Below are positions 40,731 through 57,912 of a stretch of 64,000 nucleotides of DNA, in pieces. Location: contig PS015027.1 of the NCBI GenBank assembly GCA_048213135.1, positions 43,782 through 107,781 on the forward strand. The letters are read 5' to 3'. Source of the stretch: Reclinomonas americana ATCC 50394 (Eukaryota). The stretch's first letter is position 1. The number at the start of each line of letters is the position of its first letter. Made by a program: the position numbers and the translations under genes. Under the pieces are notes generated by a model, which did not search any database, had not been told where the DNA came from, and saw only the letters and a program-made list of their open reading frames with translations.

Positions 40731-41260
40731 GAGGGAGAGAGAGAGAGAGAAAGAGAAAGAGGAAGAGAGAGACCGTTGAAGATCTGCTCTTTTGAGGCGC
40801 GGACGAAAATGCTGACTTTTTGCTGTGCGTGTGCTGTGTGGTGTTGACTGATGTTCAGGAACGTCATGCAACGTTATGCGGGAGTTTGAGGGGCCAGGTT
40901 TGTTGGTGGGCGTTTTTCTGTTGTTGTGTTCCCATGGTCTTTCTGTTGCGCACCACACTCTTGCATCCAGGTGTTACGCAGAAGGTAGAGTACATATATA
41001 GCTAGAGCAGTAAGAGAAAAGACACTGATAGCAGATTTCTTACTGATCGTTACCTTTCCAGTTCTTTCGTCGTAGAACCAGTGTTGTGAAAAGGGTCACA
41101 GCTGCAGTGAGTGTGAGCGAGACATTGCGATGAATTGGATCGTGATTCGCGCAAGACAAGGAACACTGCAGTGTCGTGCAGAGCTATATTGTTTCCTTTC
41201 TGAGTTGCACAATCTTGGGCTCGTATCGCTTCGACTTATGCGTGGTGCGTTGTGCGACAG

Positions 41261-41940
41261 TGGGTCTGGAGGTGTGTGCAATCGAAGCCGTCGACCGGCC
41301 AGGGAACGTGTATACGGTGCACACGGGAGTTGCGCACGAGCTGGCGTGCTGCTACCTGTGTGATCGCGACCCGGTGTGTAAATCATGGACATTTTTGGAT
41401 GGAGCAGCGGCCAGCAATGCGGACGGTGTCAATTTGTGCAGGCTCAAGGTTTATTACGTTGTTGGATGTTCGCAAAGTGGTTTTTGTACGCGCCATGATG
41501 TGCTCATTATTGAGAGTTTCCAGTCCACTGTCCCAGCCACAGTGGCCAATGCCGAGACCAGCAACATCTGCGGGTCCCATTATTGCATGTCGTCGGGCAA
41601 GAAAACACTGGCGGCCAAGTACGACAGCTGGAACTTTGAGATCTATTCTGGTTTGTGTGTGTGAGTGTGTAACGTAATCCTTCAATGTCTGTGCTGATGT
41701 AACAGTGGTGTGTATCGTGTGCATGCAGCTCGAACAGGTGGTGTCGATGTGAGCTGCAACAGCGACTTGTACGGAGGACCACAAGCTTGCTCGGTGGCGT
41801 GCTCCGCCGAGGCGGCGTGCGGGAGCTGGACTTACACGTCTTCAACGGGAACGTGCTGCCTCAAAGCTGGAGTGGTGCCGCCGGTCACTAATACTGTGTG
41901 CGCGACGAGTGGCGATTGTGGTTCAGGATTAAAGGTGTGA
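41261..41940 (+). CDS. Cys-rich protein with two PAN/apple-like domains; 5' end undefined
   Basis: DRPG...CCYLCDRDPVCKSWTF...CRLK and CSVACSAEAACGSWTY...CCLK...ATSG, in three exons with GT-AG introns. Confidence 0.75.
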
Positions 41941-42307
41941 ATAACGATGTACAGACGTCTACATCTACATCTACTGTACTAGTACCCAACAGCTACAAAG
42001 CTGCATGATAATCACCATCTTGAGTGAGCACCGGAAACTGAGACATCACGATCTGTTTCCCGGCTTTGCTTTGTGTGCTGAATCGGATGTGCCGTGTTCG
42101 ATCGCAGAAAAATGTTCAACCACGCTTTTGCGGTGAAGGTCGCAGTTCTCGACTTGTTCGGATTTTCAAGCGAACACACGCACACAAGGAAACCTGCTGC
42201 TGCGTTAAAGACGGCTGTTGCCTATTTGTTGGTGTCGCATTGCAGTTCTCGACTTGTTCCTTTCTCCCCTTTTTCCACATCTATCACTCTTTACCACCAC
42301 ACCACAA

Positions 42308-44756
42308 CTACCGCTGTTGCACCAACAAATCCCGCGAGGCCAACGCACTCACTCCCTGCGCTCTCAGTCCCTGCTCGTACAACCGGCGGTACTCCAGCAC
42401 AGTCTCCCTTTGCAACACCAGCAATCGGTTCTCGTCCAACTCAAACCGCAGAAATCGATCCTCCTCGGCCGAATTCTGGCACGCGGTCTCCACCAAGTCG
42501 CGCAAGTGTCTGCGGCCACGCGCGTGTCAAGGACCGCGTCAAATACACTTGCATTTCGTCACCAGCACTCACCGCAGGTTTCGCAGCTCAACACCGTTGA
42601 ACTTTCGCACTTGCGCGTCTTGCCAGCCTTGGTAGCCAGCATTTTGGTCGTCGACCAGCACGTGTGCAAGAATCACAATCTGTGGACAACGTCAAAGCGC
42701 GAGGCATTGCACGACTCGACGTGGGAATGGCAGCATACCTCCTCGTCGGGATGCTTGGCGAGTGCAGTGACGGCCTTGTGCACGAGTCGACGAGGGGCGT
42801 TGTTGAACTGCAAGCACACACAGGGCTTTGAAAACATTCATTCTCTCCCAGCACCCGGCACCACTCACCCACTCGTGACCCCACTCGTGAATGTACGGCT
42901 GCATGTGTAGAATGAGGGCGCAGAGGTTACATGGGAAGACAGCATCCACACAAACCTGCACAAAGCGCAGGAATACGAGACCAGCAACAATCTGTACACT
43001 CGACCATCAGTGAGTACTCACAGCAACGATGAATCCATCACTTTGTCCCACACGCAACATAGTAACTCGGTTGCTGCCCGTAAAACGTCGGTGGCACAAG
43101 CACCGGCAGTGGTGCCATTGTCAGTTGCAGGTCGTGTTGCTGTCGACACGACGCAGGGTCAATTTGCTTTCCAACAATACGCCCACAGTGTCACACTCCG
43201 TCAGCAAACCTGATGATCGCGCCACACCGACAGCCGGCAAGTCTCTCCCGGCAACTTCATCTGCACCAGGTAGTCGAACTGAACGCGCTCGCCGGTGGTT
43301 TCCAGTTGCGACGAATCGCTTGCTGTGTCACACACAAGTGTCCGTCGGCGCCGCAATACGTGCTCTCTCTAGCACTCCCACGCCAGACGCAACATGCACG
43401 AAGAGGGACAGAGCCGTCATTTGCCACTTGAGTTCCATCAATGGCCAACAGTACGTCGTTGGTCTGCAGCACACCCTTGGCCGGGCTGAGCGGGTACACC
43501 TCGTTGACGAGGACGCCGGTCTGCGGGCGGGGGCAACGAGGGGGGGAAGAGATTTGCATCAGTGACAGGAAGCGAAAGGAGAAGGCAAACAAGCAGGGAG
43601 AGAAAGAGAGAGAGAGAGCGCGCGCACGCACTCACGCGCAGAGGCATATTGAAATTGCGTCTGACAGGAAGGCAGAGGAATCGACAAATCAGCATTACTT
43701 GGTCACACGAACAAACAGAGAGAGTGAGAGAAAAGGAGCACACACACTCAAGCACAGAGACATGCTGATATTGCTTCAGTGACTGACAGCAATATGAGAA
43801 GTCAACAGTTCACGGAATGCGATAGAGAAGAGAAAATATAAACAGAGGCAGGGAGAGAGAGAGAGAGACAGTACGCTCACGCACAGAGACGTGTCGACAG
43901 AGTAACCCGTAAGAAGAGAGAAAGAGAAGCAAGGGCCAGGCAAAACATACAACGCACTGCACACCGCTCACCTGTCCGTCTTGCATGCGAAGGAAGGCGC
44001 GCAAGTTGGGATTCTCCAACGCCTGACACAGCAGCCCCAGCGAACAGAACCCATTGAAGCGGCCGTTCTTGGCGACGTCTTGTCTGCAAGGTGGGTCAGC
44101 CACCACCCGCGCACACACGTGCACATGCCTCACGCAACAGGAAATGACGAATGATGGGCACTGGGATCACCCAGCCAATGTTCTCTGCATCCTGGAGGTT
44201 CTGGAAAGCCACTCCAACGACTTTGCCACCTTGGACGACGGGACCACCGCTGCGTGGACATGAATTTGTGGTGAGAAGGTAGAAGGCGAAAATGCACAGC
44301 AGTATGATCGCTTGTACCTGTTGCCTGGATTGATGGCGGCATCGATCTGAATGGCCAGCAGCGTGGCGGCACCTGCAGTTCATGTGAGCAACAACCGCGA
44401 CAGCGCAGCGGTCGACTGCCACACACCATGAGCGTAGAGGACTGGTTCCACACGGGAGACCACGCCCTGCGTCACGGACAGCGAGTCGCCACCAGTGGGG
44501 TAGCCAAGAACAACCACTTGATCTTGCAATAGCTGCCGCCATAATCAAGTCAGCAAAGACCCGAACAGCCTCATGCAAACAGCGACTCACAACTCTTCGA
44601 CGGCTCACTACAGACACACGTACTTTCCAAGCGTTCACTCGGATTCTACTCGCTGATCAACTCACGGATTNNNNNNNNNNNNNNNNNNNNNNNNNNNNNN
44701 NNNNNNNNNNNNNNNNNNNNNCTCACTACGTCGTCGTCTTCTTCTTCTTCTTCTTC

Positions 44757-44805
<49 letters not shown>

Positions 44806-47422
44806 CCTTCCCTTTCCCGCACAAAGTCCCCTTCCGTCTCGCTTTTTCTCCGGCCTCCTGCTTCAACTCATCCTTGCTTCTCTCGCTGCTTTACTCCCCC
44901 CTATCACTCCGTCTTTTCCTTCTGCCTTCACTGTCATGTCTCTGGTTGTCACTCGCACCCCTTCCCACTACTTATCCTTCCCTCCACCTTTTCCTCATCT
45001 TTTTTCGTGTTCTTCTCGCTACACACCTTCTGCTGTTCTCTCCGTCTGACTGCATCCTTCTCTGTTTTGTCTCTGGCTGTCTCTCTCACTCTGGATCCTC
45101 AATCTCTCGTTCACTCTCATCGTCTTCTTGCTTTCCTCATCTTTCTCTCTTGTCCTCCTCTCTGCCTTCTGCTGTTCTCTCCGTCTGACTCCGTCCTTCT
45201 CTGTCATGTCTCTGGCTGTCTCTCTCTCGTTCACTCTCATCGTCTTCTTGCTTTCCTCATCTTTCTCTCTTGTCCTTCTCTCTGTCTTCTGCTGTTCTCT
45301 CTGTCTGACTCCCTCCTCCTCGATCCGCCTGTTCTCTCTGCTTTCTTCCATGTCTTCTCGCTGTCATTCTCCCTCCTTCCCCTTCTCCCTTCTCCCTCCC
45401 CCCGCCTCCTCCTCACCGGCAACTCCCCAAACTCAAACGACTGCAACCCGACCCAAAACTNNNNNNNNNNNNNNNNNNNNNNNNNNNNNNNNNNNNNNNN
45501 NNNNNNNNNNNNNNNNNNNNNNNNNNNNNNNNNNNNNNNNNNNNNNNNNNNNNNNNNNNNNNNNNNNNNNNNNNNNNNNNNNNNNNNNNNNNNNNNNNNN
45601 NNNNNNNNNNNNNNNNNNNNNNNNNNNNNNNNNNNNNNNNNNNNNNNNNNNNNNNNNNNNNNNNNNNNNNNNNNNNNNNNNNNNNNNNNNNNNNNNNNNN
45701 NNNNNNNNNNNNNNNNNNNNNNNNNNNNNNNNNNNNNNNNNNNNNNNNNNNNNNNNNNNNNNNNNNNNNNNNNNNNNNNNNNNNNNNNNNNNNNNNNNNN
45801 NNNNNNNNNNNNNNNNNNNNNNNNNNNNNNNNNNNNGGCAGTGAGCGAGGTCATTCAGGCAGCATCGCGATCACTGCCACGCAATCCCTTCCGCAGTGTG
45901 GTCAAGGTGTTCACAGTCGCAGCCTCTGTCAACTTTCTGCAAGTTGCGTCTTCTCTCTCTCTCTCTCTTTCTCCTTTGCCTCTTTGTCTCTCATTGACTG
46001 TGGGCGGTGGGGAGAAAAGCCGTGGCAAATGAAACAACAACGCGAGTGCACCGGCACTGCATTTGTGGTGGAAGGGCGTCGCCTGCTCACCAATGCGCAT
46101 GTGGTCGCCGATTCGCGCTATGTCAGTGTGCGGCGGTATGGTGATCCGACAAAGTACGCTGCGCAAGGTGATTAGATGAGAGCCTTTTTCTGCTTCTCTC
46201 CGTGCTTTTGTTTCATTGCTTTTTTTTTTGGTTAGTCGTGGCGGCGGCGCATGAGTGCGATCTGGCGCTGCTGGAGGTCAAGTCGGATGNNNNNNNNNNN
46301 NNNNNNNNNNNNNNNNNNNNNNNNNNNNNNNNNNNNNNNNNNNNNNNNNNNNNNNNNNNNNNNNNNNNNNNNNNNNNNNNNNNNNNNNNNNNNNNNNNNN
46401 NNNNNNNNNNNNNNNNNNNNNNNNNNNNNNNNNNNNNNNNNNNNNNNNNNNNNNNNNNNNNNNNNNNNNNNNNNNNNNNNNNNNNNNNNNNNNNNNNNNN
46501 NNNNNNNNNNNNNNNNNNNNNNNNNNNNNNNNNNNNNNNNNNNNNNNNNNNNNNNNNNNNNNNNNNNNNNNNNNNNNNNNNNNNNNNNNNNNNNNNNNNN
46601 NNNNNNNNNNNNNNNNNNNNNNNNNNNNNNNNNNNNNNNNNNNNNNNNNNNNNNNNNNNNNNNNNNNNNNNNNNNNNNNNNNNNNNNNNNNNNNNNNNNN
46701 NNNNNNNNNNNNNNNNNNNNNNNNNNNNNNNNNNNNNNNNNNNNNNNNNNNNNNNNNNNNNNNNNNNNNNNNNNNNNNNNNNNNNNNNNNNNNNNNNNNN
46801 NNNNNNNNNNNNNNNNNNNNNNNNNNNNNNNNNNNNNNNNNNNNNNNNNNNNNNNNNNNNNNNNNNNNNNNNNNNNNNNNNNNNNNNNNNNNNNNNNNNN
46901 NNNNNNNNNNNNNNNNNNNNNNNNNNNNNNNNNNNNNNNNNNNNNNNNNNNNNNNNNNNNNNNNNNNNNNNNNNNNNNNNNNNNNNNNNNNNNNNNNNNN
47001 NNNNNNNNNNNNNNNNNNNNNNNNNNNNNNNNNNNNNNNNNNNNNNNNNNNNNNNNNNNNNNNNNNNNNNNNNNNNNNNNNNNNNNNNNNNNNNNNNNNN
47101 NNNNNNNNNNNNNNNNNNNNNNNNNNNNNNNNNNNNNNNNNNNNNNNNNNNNNNNNNNNNNNNNNNNNNNNNNNNNNNNNNNNNNNNNNNNNNNNNNNNN
47201 NNNNNNNNNNNNNTCCTGCGTCTGTCAGAGAGACACAGTGAGTGAGTGAGAGCTTGACATGCATTCTCTTTCTCTCTCTCTCTCTCTTCTCTTCACCAGT
47301 GGTGCTGCTGCTGGAGGAGGAGGAGGAGGAGGCAGGGCACTTGGTGGCCGTGTGCGCGGTCGCGGGCGCCCAGTCAGTGTCGCAAAGGAGCGCAGAACGC
47401 GACCGAACACTGCGCTCAACAT
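42308..47422 (-). CDS. Deg/HtrA serine protease with PDZ domains (plant Deg2/9/10-like), probably mitochondrial; piece 45838-46289 is on the + strand between gaps
   Basis: TNAHVV and HECDLALL (+ piece). On the minus strand: [36 protein letters not shown] and PSYYIVAGLVF. Arg-rich presequence [16 protein letters not shown] at 47422. Confidence 0.9.
45025..45310. repeat. Pyrimidine-rich ~120-bp imperfect tandem duplication, probably intronic
   Basis: cgttcactctcatcgtcttcttgctttcctcatctttctctcttgtcc occurs at about 45108 and 45228. Confidence 0.75.
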
Positions 47423-47526
47423 TGTTGTGGGGTGTGTTTGTTACTGTAAATCGTCAATGATCATTTACACAAGAGTGTGTGGGAGAGGAGGGAAGAAAAG
47501 CGAAACAAGAGTAGGAAAAAGCACTT

Positions 47527-52127
<4,601 letters not shown>

Positions 52128-52228
52128 TCTCTCCACACTTCTGATCGAGCCGTTGGATCCGGGACATTCGGCATGAGTCACGCGCGCGATTGTCCTTCTT
52201 TCACACACACCCTCAAACTCGAGAACAA

Positions 52229-52783
52229 ATGCCGCGCTTGACTGGCTTCGTGAAGAACGTCGTTGCTCGTGGTGGCCACCACAACCCGGTGAGTCAGTTG
52301 CTTGCGTCTCTGTGTGTCCGTGGGCGCGCCATGTCTCGCGTGCGTTGCTCTCTCTGTGTCTGTGCGAGTGTCTGTTCATGACTGGTGTGCATGTGTGCGT
52401 GTGTGTGCATGCGTTGTTGTGAGGAGGGGAGCGCTGTGACGTGAAAGATGTGCGATGTCCATGCCACTCACTCACTCGTGCGCTCTCTCTTGTGCAGCCT
52501 CTGTACTTTGCCGACAAGGCGCCGACCAAGGCCGGTGTGCTGGCTGGTGTCGCGGCGTACGCGCTGACGGTTAGTGTGTGTGCATGCATGGATGCATTTG
52601 GGGTGTGCATCTTGCACTGACATTCCGTCCGCATCTTCTTCTTCTGTTACAGGGCGTGTCGCTGCCGATCCTCATTGTCTGTTGCGTTGACACCTTCTCT
52701 CACACACGCTCTCTGTGCCTCTCATGCGCGCGCTCATTGTTCCTTTGCACACAGTGCACCAACTCAACAAGAGCAAGGGCTAA
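52229..52783 (+). CDS. COX7C: Cytochrome c oxidase subunit VIIc-like, 62 aa, 4 exons (52229-52288, 52498-52569, 52653-52680, 52755-52783)
   Basis: Spliced product MPRLTGFVKNVVARGGHHNPPLYFADKAPTKAGVLAGVAAYALTGVSLPILIVLHQLNKSKG. Presequence, a single TM helix and a G..xP..xV.HQL.K C-terminus as in COX7C. Confidence 0.72.
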
Positions 52784-52988
52784 GTCAATTTCAAACTGAA
52801 GCTGCTGTGGCAGTGGTGGTATTGATGGCGTGCACACCCGTGCTCCCTTTGTGCTCGTTCGTGTACACATACACACACAGTACATTCAATTGCCACCCCG
52901 CTGCCGACGTCGATGTGACCCGGGGTTTTGCGTTTCTTTTCGGAGTGAGTGGGGAGTAGAAAAGACAAAAAGAGAGAGAGAGATATCA

Positions 52989-55397
52989 CTATCGACCGCT
53001 GTATGAGAGTCGTCGATTGGCGCCACCTNNNNNNNNNNNNNNNNNNNNNNNNNNNNNNNNNNNNNNNNNNNNNNNNNNNNNNNNNNNNNNNNNNNNNNNN
53101 NNNNNNNNNNNNNNNNNNNNNNNNNNNNNNNGGCAGCGGCAGCGGTAGCAGTGGCGTGGTGGTGGTGGCCACGGACGACGAGGAGGAAGACGACGACGAT
53201 CAGCGGTATCGCAGAAAGTCGGCCGACCACGACTACGCCGATGCGGCGTATGGCGACAGTGACCGACATGCACCTGCTGCTGCGCGACTGCCACCACACC
53301 CCATGCCCGGACCGCAAAAGGGCCGCCAGCCACCACAACCGCAAGCAGTGCCTGTACGCTCCACGGGACACCTGCCACCGCAGCCGCCAGTCATGCAGCG
53401 CTCCATCACCCTGCCCACTGCGCCATCACTAGCCGCCGCCGCGGTCGGAGCCGGTGGCACGACAGCTGCCGGGCGCGCACAACGCACATCACCGATGAAC
53501 CCGCTCAGCACGCCCGCCACCATGCACGCCCAGTACCGCCTGCCACGCTCCGAAAACAGCGCCAATGCCGCCGCAGCTGCCGCCGCCAATGCCGCACGAG
53601 CGGCCGCCACCGCCTCCACNNNNNNNNNNNNNNNNNNNNNNNNNNNNNNNNNNNNNNNNNNNNNNNNNNNNNNNNNNNNNNNNNNNNNNNNNNNNNNNNN
53701 NNNNNNNNNNNNNNNNNNNNNNNNNNNNNNNNNNNNNNNNNNNNNNNNNNNNNNNNNNNNNNNNNNNNNNNNNNNNNNNNNNNNNNNNNNNNNNNNNNNN
53801 NNNNNNNNNNNNNNNNNNNNNNNNNNNNNNNNNNNNNNNNNNNNNNNNNNNNNNNNNNNNNNNNNNNNNNNNNNNNNNNNNNNNNNNNNNNNNNNNNNNN
53901 NNNNNNNNNNNNNNNNNNNNNNNNNNNNNNNNNNNNNNNNNNNNNNNNNNNNNNNNNNNNNNNNNNNNNNNNNNNNNNNNNNNNNNNNNNNNNNNNNNNN
54001 NNNNNNNNNNNNNNNNNNNNNNNNNNNNNNNNNNNNNNNNNNNNNNNNNNNNNNNNNNNNNNNNNNNNNNNNNNNNNNNNNNNNNNNNNNNNNNNNNNNN
54101 NNNNNNNNNNNNNNNNNNNNNNNNNNNNNNNNNNNNNNNNNNNNNNNNNNNNNNNNNNNNNNNNNNNNNNNNNNNNNNNNNNNNNNNNNNNNNNNNNNNN
54201 NNNNNNNNNNNNNNNNNNNNNNNNNNNNNNNNNNNNNNNNNNNNNNNNNNNNNNNNNNNNNNNNNNNNNNNNNNNNNNNNNNNNNNNNNNNNNNNNNNNN
54301 NNNNNNNNNNNNNNNNNNNNNNNNNNNNNNNNNNNNNNNNNNNNNNNNNNNNNNNNNNNNNNNNNNNNNNNNGTTGCTTCTGGAGCTGTTGGACGCTGCT
54401 GCTGCGGCGGCGGCAGTAGTCGTGGTCGTGCTGGTCGATGTCGTCGTTGATGCCGCGCTGGAGGCGGCCTTGCCACCACCAGCCGCCGACGGGCCGTCAA
54501 AGTACTTTTTGTAGACGACAAAGTTGTTGGCCTGCGGCGTGTAGTCGCGCAGTCCGTAGTGCTTGGCGAGGAAACCGAGCAGCTTGTGCGACGGTCGATC
54601 GTAGGCCAATTGCGACGGCACCACCTTTTCCTCCTGCACTCACAACAGCGATGAGCGACGATGATAATGATGGCCGACCAGCAAGCAGACGCACCGCCAA
54701 CATGAACTCAAACAGCTCCTTGCCGAATCCCTGTCGCTGGCGAGTCGGATGCACGAAAATGTCCAGCACACACAACGGCGACATCTCCTTGTAGGCACCA
54801 GTCTCCAGCTGCGCCACCCCCCGCGGTCAGCACCAGCGACGCCCCAACCCACAGAGAAAGGATCGCGTGCGCAACTCGATGGAACAGCTTCTTGTGGCCG
54901 ACCTTGAGCAAGCCGACGGCGAGACCATCCTCACAGCCGAGATACAGGTGCTGGTCGGGATTGTTAATCAGGCGACTGGTGGTGGTGATCACTTGACTCA
55001 GTCCTTGTGCCTGCAAATTGCCAAGAGTGAGACAAAATGAAGGAGGTGTGTGTAGAGAGGGCGCACGCGGACCTCTTGCGAGGCCAGGCCCATGCGATCA
55101 ATGATCCGACTGAGCGAGTCGAACGCATCGGATCGTCGCGCTCTCAGTTGCGCAAGTCGATCACCGTCCCATCGCGAAAGCCGCTCCGTAAGCAGACGTT
55201 TGCAGTGAGCATCCAGCTGCACAAGAGAGAGTGACACGAGAGAGAGTCAGATCAAGAGGAGATGTCCCTTTCGCCGAATAACACGCATTCGCAGAGGCGC
55301 GATGAGAGGCACACAGAGAATGCGACACAGGCATAGAGAGAGAGAGCACACAAAGAGCATGCGGGGAGGCAGAGGCAACGCGCGCACACACCTCCAT
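52989..55397 (-). CDS. ATAT1: Alpha-tubulin N-acetyltransferase (MEC-17); low-complexity tail partly in gaps, piece 53132-53619 apparently inverted
   Basis: [71 protein letters not shown] and PQANNFVV. The 3' end is tentative. Confidence 0.93.
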
Positions 55398-55456
55398 GGC
55401 CGTTTCGTTGCGCGTGCCGCTCGTCCTGCTCCACGTCCTGCACTCTACTTCTATAA

Positions 55457-56566
55457 ATGTCCGTGGGCAAGGTTCTCTCCGGCTACGAGTCATTCCTCAC
55501 TGGCAACCCATGGGTGGCACGCGAGATGCACCAGTCACTCAGCGCAGTCGCCTTTCTCCTGTTCGATCTCAAGTCGCCTGCGCAGTTCGAAGGCGGTCAG
55601 TGACACACACTCCGGCATTCTCATCTCCGCGCGCTCATTGCTCATCTGTTGTTGTTGTCAGTTCGCTCTGTGGAGTCACTGTTTGAGCTGTTCAACCGCT
55701 GGGTGCTGGAGAGACGATCGACGCACCCACTGCTGCATCGCCAGTCGCCGACAGCGATCATTCTCAAGCTGATGCGCGTGGTCGAGCTGCCGCTGGATAT
55801 CGCCCTGGCCACGCATCGCCCGGGCGCGCCACACACGCGCTTCCTTGTCCTGTGGGAGGCCGTCAAGTCGGCGCTGCGCCTGTGGTCGCTGTGGCGCTAC
55901 CGTCGCATGCATGTCGATTTCGATGTGGTGCCTGCGGTGGAGGAGGCGGAGGGAAAGCCGCCTGCAGCGGAGGAGGAGGAAGGCGGCGGCGATGAGGAGG
56001 AAGAGGAAGAGGCGTCGGCACTGGTGAATCGATTCCGCATTGGTGCCTCGTCGAGTCGGAGACCGCGTCGGCGGCAGGCGGCGAGGCAGGCGGCGACCGT
56101 GGCAGCAGGTGCGCCCGAGCGACTGCAGCCGCACCAGTCGGTCATCACTGCGCGCGTGCATCTGCTGGCCGAGACGCTGCATGCCGTGCGTCCGTTTGTG
56201 TACGTGTGTGCGTTGAAGGCGTTTCCGCAGCGGCGGTGGCTGGCGTGGGCGCTGTCGCTGGCCATCGATCTGCTGTCGCTGCGGTTGCACATGGTGCCGC
56301 GAGTGGGCGAGCACGAGACGCCGCCGACGGCGTTGGAGATGGCGGAGTTGTCGTCGCGGGCCCGCTCGTTGCCGACGACGTACCTGCTGCGCGATCCGCC
56401 GTTTGAGTGGATTCTGCGCACGCCACTGGAGCGCGTCTCGGCCTGGGTCAAGGACAAGACCGAACCCATTCCGTTGGTGCGCATGGTGGGATCGCTGGCC
56501 ACGTCTATCGTAGACTACACCCTGCAGCTGCAGCGGTTCTACACGTACACGGCGAATAGCACGTGA
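55457..56566 (+). CDS. PEX16: Peroxisomal biogenesis factor 16
   Basis: N-terminal YESFL...LSAVAFLL, LFELFNRWVL, EAVKSALRL, AETLHAVRPFVY, WALSLAIDL, ELSSRARSL..YLLRDP and C-terminal FYTYT. One intron. Confidence 0.85.
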
Positions 56567-56619
56567 AGTGCGACGGAAATGAACGTCGCACATTCACAAA
56601 GTCCTGTTGTGTCTTGTCA

Positions 56620-57837
56620 ATGGAGTTTGAGCGCAGAGAGCCTGAGATCGCTGGCGGCTCGTCGTCGTCCAGCAAGGTGGTGAGCGACTCCAAGCGGCTA
56701 ATCATTGTGCTGGAGAATGCGTGTCTGGAGACGGCCAAAGTTGGTGCGTGTGTTTGTGTCCATGTGCACATTCACATCACCAAGCACGCACACTCACACT
56801 CATTCGGGAGCAGGCGCCGAGTATCAGCTGCTCAACTCTGACGATCACAAGCACATTCTGATGCGTAACAACCGCGATCCAAAGTTGTACAGGCCCGACA
56901 TTGTTCATCAGGTTGGTCTCAAGAGAGAGAAAGAGACAGAGAGAGAGAGAGGAGGGGGAGTGTCAGAGAGAGACTCATGGTGTTCCTCTCTCGTCTCACT
57001 GTTCCTCTCGCTCTATCGCAGTGCCTTCTGCAACTGCTGGACAGCCCGCTTAACAAGGCTGGCCTGCTGCAAGTGTTCATCCGCACCGTCAACAATGTGC
57101 TGATTGAGGTGAACCCCCGCACACGCATTCCGCGAACCATCAAGCGCTTCAGTGGACTGATGGGTGCGTAATGAGGAGACGGCTCTTCGAAGTGTTTCAT
57201 TAGTGGCTCATCTGTGGCGCAGTGCAACTGTTGCACAAGCTGAAGATCAGGGCCACCAATGGACCCGACACGCTGTTGCGCGTGATCAAGAATCCCATTA
57301 CGGATCACTTGCCGACTGTCGGCTGCAAGTTTGGTGCGTGCATGTCCTCCTCTTCCTTTGTCTCTTCCTCCCTTCCTCTCTGTCTCTCTCGCTGTCTCTT
57401 GTGGCTGCTCCCATGTCTCTTTCTCCTTATCCTCCTCCGTCTTCTTCTCCCCTCCCTTCGTCTTCTTTCTCTCTCTCGCTCTCCTCCTCCTCCTCCTCCT
57501 CCTCCTCCTCCTCTTTCCTCCTCCTCCTCCTTCTCCTCCTTCTCCTCCTTCTCCTTTCCCTTCTACCCCTTCCCCATCTGTCTCCCTCCTCACCCCCTTT
57601 CCCGTCTTCGGCACAGCCGCCTCAATGGACGGACAGCTGGTGAGACTGTCGGAGTTCGTGCCGACACTGCCGAAGGACAAGCCGGTGGTGTTTGTCGTGG
57701 GAGCGTACGCGCACGGCGATCTGAAGAAGGCCGACTGGATCGAGGAAGAAATCGCCTTCTCGGAGTACCCGCTCAGTGCGGCTGGCGCGTGCGGCAAGCT
57801 GTGCGACGCGTTTGAGGATGTGTGGGACATATTGTAA
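56620..57837 (+). CDS. EMG1: rRNA small-subunit pseudouridine methyltransferase Nep1
   Basis: [70 protein letters not shown] and YPLSAAGAC. Confidence 0.97.
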
Positions 57838-57912
57838 TCATTCAAAATCACCCATTTGCGTCTTCGTTTTCTAACAGTGTGTGCGCGTCTCTTTTTATGT
57901 TCAACATTACTT

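Noticed and set aside
55676-56593. 305-aa antisense ORF overlapping PEX16, and similar shadow ORFs elsewhere
   Set aside because: Expected in GC-rich coding DNA, with no recognisable motifs.
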